DNA from: a virus
IMG/VR virus record: IMGVR_UViG_3300032132_000248
Coordinates: 6,895 to 70,894 of that record
Strand: one strand, 5' to 3'
DNA: 64,000 nt
Part shown: positions 10,401 through 16,448 of the stretch, piece by piece
Numbering within the stretch: position 1 is the first letter of the stretch
Layout of the letters: each line of letters starts with the position of its first letter
Notes under the pieces: generated by a model
Database searches by the model: none
Told to the model about the DNA's origin: nothing
Seen by the model: the letters and a program-made list of their open reading frames with translations, nothing else
Program-made: the position numbers and the translations under genes

Positions 10401-10650
10401 GTATCCAATTTTTAGGCCACTCTTCAGTAACTTCTTCTTTATCAAAAATATTAGTTTTGGGCATTAATCTGAACTTTAAAGCTGGTCTACCGTTTATTAG
10501 TAAATCACCTTTTTCATTCCAATCTATTTTCTTAACGACTACCTTTTTGTTTTTAAATTTTCCCATCTTGACTGTATCACCAATCTCTATAGGTAAATCT
10601 ACACTCTCATCCAAAAAAGGTTTAGTTAACCATTCAGTTAATTTATCCAT
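3259..10650 (-). CDS. 2463-aa multidomain (poly)protein: P-loop kinase, CCA-adding enzyme, HD hydrolase, HIGH nucleotidyltransferase, TraB/Tiki-like, membrane-helix and KxDG ligase-like domains
   Basis: GGPGSGKS; GGAVRD...DFD...RRDLTINA...EDPLRKLRALRF; HT...LFHDIGK...H...H; GRFQPFGPHH...SGTAMR; GTNH...E...RDxxM...GASH; EKLDG...EGIV...YK. Confidence 0.85.
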   Translation of the reverse strand: MDKLTEWLTKPFLDESVDLPIEIGDTVKMGKFKNKKVVVKKIDWNEKGDLLINGRPALKFRLMPKTNIFDKEEVTEEWPKNWIPTGLGMRKRQKRVYGRLNRSIREGVNDPGIFKAVFLAGGPGSGKSYVAGGLFGIPDKVNVSAYGLKLVNQDTELENFLKKYFGTTDLDNMPDDLFRQITDPSYSAHMGVRKHAKALSKQRLKLYSQGRLGVIIDGTGHKFKDVKKERQKLIDLGYDTYMVFVNTSLEVAQMRNKLRDRILPSELVEKYWNNVQKNMAYFQGMFGGSNFMLVDNNATLNPKQAQKKFNMLVKKGIGKFIKKPIKSRQAKKWIEKQKIVKEFIGITAGDGTISGAPDPKKVRKIKKKLDKEREDDQYRTIDEAKQKLKLNIPADIKKIHKLFKKNRKQLYVVGGAVRDAILGKSPKDFDMATDAKPDEVLAIAKQGKFKTVEVGKSFGVVMVNGHEIATFRKDIGKGRRPDAVDFTDIKGDVKRRDLTINALFYDIDKNTIVDLVGGIKDLKKKQVRTVGLADERFDEDPLRKLRALRFNAALGGTMHVDTFAALKKNPSLNGVSSERIREEFVKSLIKAKSPKKYLQLANNLGMLQQILPGLSINKKFINSKDYIVQLAYLLKDNNPGKLGNKLNSMRYTVKESTNVLFLVSLQNFKSEEIYMFKKFQEKTNLTIAQIKEYGKLIGNESDVVKMAKFKLSVGSKDVSKDLKGPEIGKAIKTKEKEKFLNEIAIRPIKSFRDLYTALPSDLKKRVMDLKKVTQRKDAHPEGNVLKHTITVVNRAMKLNPGDIDLALAALFHDIGKDETAGIHPKKGHPTHYGHEHVSAKLVKKYRTWIKSMGGNPVDIYYIVKQHMRVKNVDVMKIAKQRKLKQFRSYDKLKKFSDKMDTGGLKVDEDFILEFVNKPKMKKALKTLIDKNVLPKNYAKNISKLQTFLSNNPLVMTQLLRLLGENINESKKEFVIWGIPPGKRQEDILYTKAKSHSEAKKIIKILTAKHGVTKARIQVLDMAQDPKDIWKADKLFKEETSKIKKIVGIYAGRFQPFGPHHKKVYEWMKKQFDDAYITTSDIKKPPKHPMNFKEKKRHMLKMGIPSNKIVKERQPYVAVNTLKKFTEDTTAVVYIFGKKDADRLSGGTKKGGEKTYYQDYKKNKKNLVGHNKHGYILTAPHFSIQAGGMEVSGTAMRQLLGSPKYADDRERRFKKFFGYFDKGVYNMMTNKFSKLFGENVVITKELINEFLVDVDVSKYLNEATFQTNAPIDDGPAHYYKGFGDYKKGSTEWLDSIFKETGWTVLNYMLADEAHDPAFDYTLNYRFMPTPSYGTVGIKGRQSERNLHNKYKERLNFVLSNLGFEVIKWLGLEDNVLKVQVQEPVLPGADDETENTDLKESKLFSKEWWNKELLKEAGEEYWTDKSVDAQQDYISKHKTSKNVEPDNPSGKKERDPFNLNYKDYDNAPDFGDNTEEGFKENRWRDNYIHQTEGGSSIIGTNHGHKVYDEEQDTDIYAIEHSKNWAIENKVLPEVKQKVKDALDAKKKVCFLTEGGKSDDDPFAGGGGDEQEYIVKELKKEFGDKIDCVKTWDGENSDISNPDAPIYDQIADETGNIKEEEQAFMFANMFGQGDEDSVPADKLTKQNKKALRDAGYKGGFPPGSGNGEVESLEGDADYEADKQLLYLMSYPGDFESGHKDFKWAEKKYGKDHLSSLVKGKAGKSAKSFNKARDIQMDKKIKEIESDGKTVAIVTPGASHSYSMGDVVGGWKKQESATESVIIEGMTLEEGVKFNNFLKDWSKRAKQPLSKVRKSMMNKNTFSVAKLNDFSVDKVFEGAKKGFKAYQKIINYVPDKIAQKLATTKFGQKKEKSLVKLDNYLREHPKLKRVMGIGAAAAVTYAWTKMTFIGDPEYDLDLSAAATAAAVGDVSFAQLFSGEMGTKFLVLTAVGAATGLTAPYVKAFGRVGTMAAGVSFGAYRAYKARKQKKSDAEKKDAGKFMANAPDTVKNPNPKGRKKTISRKSAVQWVAKNKGDKAAKKYVKSLSEKISIVEDLDLLIEGGAYGHMNHPFDDKDLTFGDLKKIITDGLGGNLNREDGVTEKLDGQNLMISWKDGKLVTARNKGQLKNFGEKAMTTKGVASKFAGRGDIKNAFVFAMKDLSKSIGALSDAQKEKVFGNGKRWMNLEVMWPKSSNVIDYDKAQIVFHGTLEYDDSGNPIGQPKGSARMLAGMIKQVNQHIQKHYKIGKPQFLSVPKSQNFDAKKKTFLSRLSKLQKEYALKDKDTLALYHQRYWEEFIFNAEKQFRVKITNKAYKSLVKRWAFFDKSYKIPMIKKDFKKYPDFLDWVLTTDKVDHQKMVKQNMRPFEVLFFAVGTEILKNISGYLAASPDDAVQKIRKNVIGAIAKVKTAKDIKKLEALKLQVSKLNSIGGLDSIVPSEGIVFKYKGKVYKFTGAFAPVNQILGLLTF
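5340..6408 (-). other. Domain: TraB/PrgY/Tiki (EreA/ChaN-fold)-like
   Basis: IIGTNH ... VCFLTEG ... ARDIQMDKKI ... VAIVTPGASH match the GTxH / E / RxxxM / GAxH order of the family. Confidence 0.55.
6940..7536 (-). other. Domain: HIGH-superfamily nucleotidyltransferase (cytidylyltransferase/NMNAT/PPAT-like)
   Basis: IVGIYAGRFQPFGPHH, HPMNFKEK, FGKKD, VSGTAMR. Confidence 0.75.
7927..8424 (-). other. Domain: HD phosphohydrolase of the type associated with CCA enzymes/PNKP
   Basis: QRKDAHPEGNVLKHT...ALFHDIGK...HYGHEHVS...VKQHM. Confidence 0.85.
8425..9501 (-). other. cca: Domain: class II CCA-adding / poly(A) polymerase family tRNA nucleotidyltransferase
   Basis: Motif A VGGAVRD..LG..PKDFD, motif B RRDLTINAL, motif D EDPLRKLRALRF, motif E SSERIREE, tail KGPEIGKAI. 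Confidence 0.9.
9625..10332 (-). other. Domain: P-loop kinase (zeta-toxin/AAA_33/polynucleotide kinase-like)
   Basis: KAVFLAGGPGSGKS, LVNQD, VIIDGTG, MVFVNTSLEVAQMRNKLRDR (lid RxxxR). Confidence 0.8.
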
Positions 10651-10675
10651 TTAACTTTCCTATGCCATTTAAGCA

Positions 10676-11170
10676 CTATACTTCCAACGCACGTCTAAAC
10701 CACCCAAACAAAAATCTTTCCTGCTCAGGTTTTCTCGCTACTAAATCCATATAATATTTAACTCTATAGCAACGAACTCTATCTAATTCGGGGGTATGTT
10801 TTGCTAATGCTGCCTTTGTTCCAGGTCCAAAACCACCATCAACTGTTAACTTACCACCTTTACCATTTATTGCTCTCTGTAATATTTTGACTGCCGAACC
10901 TCTTCCCTGATTGACTGCCATATCAAAGAATATATGTTTTAAGTTTTCTGGTAAGTCATCTACCTTATTCTTATCCCAATAGTCTTTTTTATAAATATCT
11001 TTTGCCTGCTCTTTGGTTAAATTTTTAATATCTACATCTGGATAAAATCTTTTTGCGATTCCAAAATTAGTTTCCCCGCCTAAATCTTTTGGATCATTAA
11101 CGTAACCGCCTTCGTGTTCTAATGTTAATTCAATTATCTCGTCAAATGACGTTAAAACTTCTTCTCGCAT
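10676..11170 (-). CDS. Endolysin, glycoside hydrolase family 108 with peptidoglycan-binding segment
   Basis: EHEGGYVNDPKDLGGETNFGI, FDMAVNQG, VDGGFGPGT, FLFGWFRR. Start at 11170 has an AGGAG RBS (the track starts at 11257). Confidence 0.9.
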   Translation of the reverse strand: MREEVLTSFDEIIELTLEHEGGYVNDPKDLGGETNFGIAKRFYPDVDIKNLTKEQAKDIYKKDYWDKNKVDDLPENLKHIFFDMAVNQGRGSAVKILQRAINGKGGKLTVDGGFGPGTKAALAKHTPELDRVRCYRVKYYMDLVARKPEQERFLFGWFRRALEV

Positions 11171-11261
11171 TGTATTGCTCCTACTATTTTGATCTGTTTC
11201 AATATTGCTTTTTTTAAACAATGAAATCAAAAATTCTATTATTTTACGTAATTCCATTACT

Positions 11262-11270
11262 TATAAATAT
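11262..11270 (-). promoter_or_regulatory. Putative promoter motif ATATTTATA
   Basis: Same 9-mer as at 2681, 16449 and 40026, in the gap upstream of the endolysin/polyprotein unit. Confidence 0.4.
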
Positions 11271-11282
11271 AACTTTCATTTA

Positions 11283-12983
11283 TTACTTTGTAACTTTAGA
11301 TTTTTCCTTTATAGGTTTAATATCTGATTTTCCTGTTAATTTATAACCCAAAACTTCAGCATTTTTCTGTCTTGTTTTTTCAAATACTGCTAGGTCTTTT
11401 TTTCCCATTAATTCTGAGCTACCAAATCCTTCTTCTATTTCAAGTGATTCTTTCTCATATTTATCTTTAATTTTACCTATTTCTGCATGAGATTTTCTTT
11501 TACCCGCGGCTTGTTGTATTTTACGCATTCCTTCTTTACCATATTTTTTTACACCAGCACGATATAAAATACCACTTTCATCTACGGATTCGGATTTCCA
11601 TCCTTTTTGTTGTGCCATTTTATCTATTTTAAGCCACTCTCCCCCCAACTTACGTTCCATTTTTTTCCAATCTCTTGGGTTAGTTTTTGCCATCCGCTTA
11701 AAAAATCTCCACATGCCTTCCCAATTAGGTTCTACATTAATAGTTCTAGCTTCATTTACGGATTCGTTCGCAAGTCGAAGAGCATCTTTTACTTTTTTGT
11801 CGTTAGACAATCCCTTTTTAATTTTTTCAATCTTCTTAGTAGCCCCCGTCATATTACCACTCATTTCTATAGCTATCGATATTGCTTTCTTTTGATAAGA
11901 ACTTAATTTTCTCTCATTTACAGATTCCTTAATTTTCATCTTTAATTGAGTTTTTGGAGCACTTCTCATATATCTTATAACACTCTCTATGGCTGTTCTA
12001 AAATTGTGATTATCTTTATTTTTAATTGCTCTCTCAAAATTCTTTTGCATCGTTGGAAAAAATTTATTTCTTATAAAAATGCCGTGAGCTATTCGCCATT
12101 CTTTATCGGTTAAAATTTTAGCTTCATTTACGGATTCTTCAGAACAACACTCTTTACCTTCTTTACAATTACCACAACAATCTTTACCACCTTCTAACTT
12201 AGCTTTACGTTTTATTAATTCTTTTGCAATCATTCTAAAAATTAACGCAGCCCCACTAGATAATCTTTCATCCGCCATCTGTTTATATATTTTTACTAAT
12301 TTTTTTGTAGGTGTTTTTGGAATCTGAGAACCTGCCATAATTTCATTTACAGATTCACTTTTAACTTTATTTCCTAACAATTTTTTCCAATCATCCGCCT
12401 GTAGCGATATTGAATTTACTCTTATGTTACCATAATTTACATTATCCCAATCTCTGACTCCACTTGCACCAATAACTTTAGCGGCCTTTTTCCTGAAATC
12501 ATTTGGGATTATATCTTTTCCAAATCTAGCCACTCTTACATCAATCCAGGGATTATGATTAGCTTGTTTTATAACTTTAACTCTTAATGGTACTTTAAAA
12601 AGTTTTTGTAAATAGGGTTTTAATTTTCTTGCATACTTCGGATATTGTGCCCATTCATCTCTTGAAATAGCTTCTTTCTTTAACCTACTCTTTTCGGCTC
12701 TACCACGATTAGTTGATTCTTTTTCGAATCCCACTATTTTGCCTCCCTTGTGTGATGCATCTTTACCATCATTATTACCATAAGTACCCTTTTGTCTATT
12801 ATATTTATTTAATTCTGCTCTGTATTTTTTTGCTTTATCAGATGACTGAAATTTTTTATATTCATCCTTATAATCCCTTTTCTTTTCCTCGTCTACAGAT
12901 TCTTCTTCCTTTTCCCACTTCTTAGCCATTTTAGGTTTATTAGCGTGCATCCATTTTCTCTGTTTTTCTGATTTGAAAGGCAT
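11283..12983 (-). CDS. 566-aa modular basic protein: small domains separated by ESV[ND]E linkers; first module HNH-like
   Basis: Six ESVNE/ESVDE motifs; N-terminal MPFKSEKQRKWMHANKP; RDYKDEY...DGKDASH...NRGR resembles a degenerate HNH. Confidence 0.75.
   Translation of the reverse strand: MPFKSEKQRKWMHANKPKMAKKWEKEEESVDEEKKRDYKDEYKKFQSSDKAKKYRAELNKYNRQKGTYGNNDGKDASHKGGKIVGFEKESTNRGRAEKSRLKKEAISRDEWAQYPKYARKLKPYLQKLFKVPLRVKVIKQANHNPWIDVRVARFGKDIIPNDFRKKAAKVIGASGVRDWDNVNYGNIRVNSISLQADDWKKLLGNKVKSESVNEIMAGSQIPKTPTKKLVKIYKQMADERLSSGAALIFRMIAKELIKRKAKLEGGKDCCGNCKEGKECCSEESVNEAKILTDKEWRIAHGIFIRNKFFPTMQKNFERAIKNKDNHNFRTAIESVIRYMRSAPKTQLKMKIKESVNERKLSSYQKKAISIAIEMSGNMTGATKKIEKIKKGLSNDKKVKDALRLANESVNEARTINVEPNWEGMWRFFKRMAKTNPRDWKKMERKLGGEWLKIDKMAQQKGWKSESVDESGILYRAGVKKYGKEGMRKIQQAAGKRKSHAEIGKIKDKYEKESLEIEEGFGSSELMGKKDLAVFEKTRQKNAEVLGYKLTGKSDIKPIKEKSKVTK
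11577..12902 (-). repeat. Six dispersed 15-bp repeats GAATCYGTARAYGAR encoding ESV[ND]E
   Basis: Copies at 11577-11591, 11751-11765, 11913-11927, 12123-12137, 12342-12356 and 12888-12902. Confidence 0.9.
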
Positions 12984-12989
12984 TTGGAA

Positions 12990-13355
12990 CTACATTCCTC
13001 TAGATTTTCTAATTTTCATAGATTTAGCACGTTTCTTCAAAATTTTTGACATTTTACGTTTTCTTTTAATTGCCGCCTTTTTTGCTCCTCTTCTTTTTCT
13101 AAATTTTTCAGCTCCACCAACCCTAACACATTGTTTTTTTGTAGATACATACTTTTTACCTTTAGGACAAATAACTCTATATTTAGCTTTTTTACCACGA
13201 ACTACCCGTTTTCTTTTCAATTCTGATAAAAATGCCCTCATCAAATAAGACATTTCCGTATCATCATTTAATATATCTTCTGTTATTTCCTCAAAAAACC
13301 CATCTTTATAGGCTTCCCTAATAACTTCTCGTAATTGTGCTTCAGTTATTTTCAT
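12990..13355 (-). CDS. Prohead core protein (T4 gp68-like) with MKITxAQLRExIRE leader
   Basis: Very basic C-terminus RKRRGAKKAAIKRKRK...KRAKSMKIRKSRGM resembles gp68-type core proteins; head-module context. Confidence 0.55.
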   Translation of the reverse strand: MKITEAQLREVIREAYKDGFFEEITEDILNDDTEMSYLMRAFLSELKRKRVVRGKKAKYRVICPKGKKYVSTKKQCVRVGGAEKFRKRRGAKKAAIKRKRKMSKILKKRAKSMKIRKSRGM

Positions 13356-13362
13356 TTTATTT

Positions 13363-13782
13363 TTACCACACTCGGTTAATTATTGTTTGTAATTTTTTAA
13401 ATTGCATAGCTAACAACTTTAAATTCTGTTCTTCATCAAATTCTTTACTGTCCTTAACTTCATTACTTTTCCAACCCATTCCTTGACCTACATACCCTGA
13501 AAAAAACCCAGAATATGAAGTTTTTCCTTTAATAAGATGTTTTTCTATTATACCGTATGATGGATTATCTTTATGTTTCACATCAAATTTTGCCACCTTT
13601 AATGTTTTGATGTGCCCACCTTTTTCAATTGAAAATTTGTGCATTTTACCATCAACTTTTACTTTCGTCCTTTTTATTAACGCTTTTTCTTCCTTTGTCC
13701 ATTCGGCATTTTCTGTGGCTTCTTTAATAGATTGAATTTCTTCCCTAATGATTTCTCGTAATTGTGCTTTAGTTATTTTCAT
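13363..13782 (-). CDS. Hypothetical internal head protein with MKITKAQLREIIREE leader
   Basis: Likely start is ATG 13782, just after the upstream stop; leader nearly identical to that at 13355 at protein and DNA level. Confidence 0.65.
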   Translation of the reverse strand: MKITKAQLREIIREEIQSIKEATENAEWTKEEKALIKRTKVKVDGKMHKFSIEKGGHIKTLKVAKFDVKHKDNPSYGIIEKHLIKGKTSYSGFFSGYVGQGMGWKSNEVKDSKEFDEEQNLKLLAMQFKKLQTIINRVW

Positions 13783-13783
13783 T

Positions 13784-14020
13784 TTAATATCCCACTTTTT
13801 GATGTAAGCAAATTGGACAAGTTCTTGAATCATGATCTGGGTCTGTTAAATAAAGTCCTGCCTTCATAACATCCACATCTTCCTTCAGCTCAGTTACTTC
13901 ATACCTAAGCAACGAAACTTCACTTTTCAATTCATCTACGGTTGATAATACCCAACCACCCATTCCTGTTAAAATCAAGGTAGCTCCTGATAAAATTATA
14001 TGTGATATATCCATTTTCAT
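13784..14020 (-). CDS. Small membrane protein (TM helix, coiled coil, C-terminal CxxC)
   Basis: IILSGATLILTGMGGWVL; CPICLH. Confidence 0.55.
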   Translation of the reverse strand: MKMDISHIILSGATLILTGMGGWVLSTVDELKSEVSLLRYEVTELKEDVDVMKAGLYLTDPDHDSRTCPICLHQKVGY

Positions 14021-14616
14021 TATTTATTTTCTTCAATCCAACTAGCGTTTTGTTCACAAATACCTTTTAATGTCTCCAAAGCACTAATGTATTTCTTTAC
14101 ACTACTTTTATTTACATTCTCTAAAGCATCTGATACAGGTAATTTATTTAATTCACTTAACATTTCCATAATTTTTTGATTAACAACACCTACAGCCTTC
14201 ATAGTCTGTTGTCTTTCACGAAGACTCAATGCTTTTTGTTTAAACTCTCCCTGATGGGTATCATACTCTTGTTTAAACTTTTCAACATCACTTTTAAACC
14301 CATATTCTTTAACTTTACTTTCATTAAATTTTTGTAATTCTTCTTTAATGATTTCTTTTATTTGTTCTTTAGAAACTGTTAAATTCATTTTCTTCCTTTT
14401 AGAAGATCGTTTTTGACCTACCTTTTTCTTTAATAAAGCCAATAATTTAGCATTCTTTTCTTTATCTGTATCAAAGGTTATTTCCATCCCTACTTTATCA
14501 TCCGGGAGTTGAGGTTTTATTATAGTAATCTTTACCTTCATAATTCCAGCGTCTTTAGTCATTGGTAATATTGTTTTTTTCATAAAATCTATATTACCTT
14601 TTATAGTTTGTTTCAT
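14020..14616 (-). CDS. Hypothetical protein with internal leader-like motif (SKEQIKEIIKEELQKFNE)
   Basis: ORF track; start adjusted to MKQTIKG after the upstream stop. Confidence 0.6.
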   Translation of the reverse strand: MKQTIKGNIDFMKKTILPMTKDAGIMKVKITIIKPQLPDDKVGMEITFDTDKEKNAKLLALLKKKVGQKRSSKRKKMNLTVSKEQIKEIIKEELQKFNESKVKEYGFKSDVEKFKQEYDTHQGEFKQKALSLRERQQTMKAVGVVNQKIMEMLSELNKLPVSDALENVNKSSVKKYISALETLKGICEQNASWIEENK

Positions 14617-14617
14617 T

Positions 14618-14944
14618 TCATTTCCCCTTAAACGAATCAATAGCTCTAAAAACTGGCATCTGATTCTTCAATTTCTTAATTTTTGATTCAACCCTACTAA
14701 ATTCTTTTTGAACATTTACTAAATCTTTATATAATTTATTTAAAAGTTTATATTCTTTATCCCCCTTCATTCCTTCTCTTTCCATCAAACTTAACATTTC
14801 AACTAAAGAATTAACAAGTAAATGCTGTCTATGTGAATTAGTTGGTACAGCATTAAACATATCATAATGCATATCCAACTGTCTCCGTTGCCAATCAAAA
14901 TTTGGATTTTTACTTTCAATTATTAATTTTTTTAGTTTAATCAT
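14618..14944 (-). CDS. Hypothetical protein with MIKLKKLIIE leader
   Basis: ORF track; leader shared with MIKLKDLIKE at 15167. Confidence 0.6.
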   Translation of the reverse strand: MIKLKKLIIESKNPNFDWQRRQLDMHYDMFNAVPTNSHRQHLLVNSLVEMLSLMEREGMKGDKEYKLLNKLYKDLVNVQKEFSRVESKIKKLKNQMPVFRAIDSFKGK

Positions 14945-14945
14945 C

Positions 14946-15443
14946 TTACATTCTCATATATTTAGCAAAATCTTTAGCACCTTCAATATATCCCAACATT
15001 TCTTTTTTATCTACACCTTTAAAATGTCCACTCTTAATTACAAGTCTTAATATTGCAGCAGCATTTTTATTTTTATGTTTCATTACTAATCCCTGCAATA
15101 TATCTGCTTGATCTTTAGATAATATACCCATTCCACCTTCTTTAATTAAATCTTTTAACTTAATCATTTTACTCTCTTTTTTAACTTTCTTTTTCTTTTT
15201 ATCATCAAGTTCCTTACCACTTCGTGAGTGAGAATGTTGAGATTCATCAACTGGTTTCAAATGTTTAACACTTACATTTTCATAAACCCTACTACCAAAT
15301 TTAATATTTACAAATTCTACTTTACCATTTTCCGTTAGTGAATGCCAAGTTACTTCACCAACACCTTTATTTTCATACTTGGGTGACCCCCAAGTTGCGT
15401 GGTGAAATCATGTATGTTGTATTGATTTATTATATTTATCCAT
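14946..15443 (-). CDS. Candidate selenoprotein (165 aa, in-frame UGA at codon 12), His-rich N-terminal domain fused to a MIKLKDLIKE module
   Basis: ATG 15443: MDKYNKSIQHT-UGA-FHHATWGSPKYENKGVGEVTWHSLTENGKVEFVNIKFG... continues in frame into track ORF 14946..15260; a SECIS-like hairpin follows the UGA. Confidence 0.65.
15371..15410 (-). promoter_or_regulatory. Bacterial-type SECIS element
   Basis: mRNA UGA-UUUCA-CCACGCA-ACUUGGG-GGUCA-CCCAAGU-A-UGAAA: perfect 7-bp upper stem 12 nt after UGA, GGUCA loop, 5-bp lower stem. Confidence 0.65.
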
Positions 15444-15444
15444 T

Positions 15445-15717
15445 TTATTTACCACTATGTTTAATTTCTGTTTCTAAAAATACCTTCAATGCATTACGAT
15501 TATATAATGCTGAGTGAGCTTTTTCTACTTCTCCCTTACGAATATACTTAGACACTTCAGTAACAAACCTCTGAATACTTTTTTGCATTTGTTTTCTAGT
15601 CATTACACCATATCCAGGTATCTGTACTTTTGCATCCAAAGGGGACTCCACACCTTTTTTTGGCACAGTTATCTGTGCTTCCTTCAAATTTTTAAGTAAT
15701 GATTTTAAACTAATCAC
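15445..15717 (-). CDS. Hypothetical protein with ISLKSLLKNLKE leader
   Basis: ORF track; GTG start overlaps the upstream TGA. Confidence 0.6.
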   Translation of the reverse strand: MISLKSLLKNLKEAQITVPKKGVESPLDAKVQIPGYGVMTRKQMQKSIQRFVTEVSKYIRKGEVEKAHSALYNRNALKVFLETEIKHSGK

Positions 15718-16412
15718 TTCAATTCTGTCCAATCTTTTGGATTACTATATCGTGATTTATAATACCATTTTTTATCTTTCACAGACCAAACATACCCGTA
15801 TTCTTCACCACTATTAAATTTTACTGCATCCCTATTTTTCCAAGTCTTTGAAAAATTACCTTTCTCGCCTCTATCACGTCCATAAAATACTGTTTGACCG
15901 TCTACTGGTTCAGAAAATGAATGATCTTTTGCGCCACTAATATCCTTATCAATTGAAGAAATACCTTGTTTTCCAAGCTTTAATAACTTTTTTATTTTTG
16001 ATGGATTTTTATAATGTTTTTTCAACATTTTACCAACGTGTTCAGGATATCCATCCCAATGCCCATATACTGATGCTATTTTACCACTCGGTGCTTCAAT
16101 ACCCACCAACCAACGAGTTCCTTCAGTTAATACTGACTTAAGTTCTTCTTTAATTATTTCTTTTAATTGTGATTTAGTTATTTTCATAGGAACTTCCTCT
16201 TTATATAATGATTTCCACTTACCATCTACTTTTTCTATTATATTAAAAACACTATTGCTATTATTCTCATAAGCAATAGCGATAACATTTTCCCCTAATT
16301 TCTTATATGTCTTAACAGTATAAGGATTCTTATACGGGTGGTCAAATTCTGACTCAGACTCCTTCTTATATGTACGAAATTTATCTGATTGCGCCTTTAC
16401 ACCAGATTTCAT
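15714..16412 (-). CDS. Conserved phage protein (GTR...YxHWDGYP...YGRDRGE family) preceded by an internal MKITKSQLKEIIKEE leader
   Basis: Start 16412 (GGAG RBS); second in-frame ATG at 16187 with GAGGA RBS; motif VYGHWDGYPEHVG. Confidence 0.7.
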   Translation of the reverse strand: MKSGVKAQSDKFRTYKKESESEFDHPYKNPYTVKTYKKLGENVIAIAYENNSNSVFNIIEKVDGKWKSLYKEEVPMKITKSQLKEIIKEELKSVLTEGTRWLVGIEAPSGKIASVYGHWDGYPEHVGKMLKKHYKNPSKIKKLLKLGKQGISSIDKDISGAKDHSFSEPVDGQTVFYGRDRGEKGNFSKTWKNRDAVKFNSGEEYGYVWSVKDKKWYYKSRYSNPKDWTELK

Positions 16413-16448
16413 ATTAATCACTCCAATTTTAATGATAAGTACTCTATG

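Noticed and set aside
3259-10650. Inteins as the cause of the large ORF size
   Set aside because: No C/S-start...HN-C/S/T splice junctions or LAGLIDADG motifs were seen.
12700-12880. Mobile HNH homing endonuclease
   Set aside because: Only a short, degenerate HNH-like module embedded in the cassette protein; there is no intron context.
11577-12902. ESVNE repeats as a CRISPR array
   Set aside because: The repeats are only 15 bp, degenerate mainly at synonymous positions, in frame within an ORF, with 150-530 bp spacers and no cas genes.
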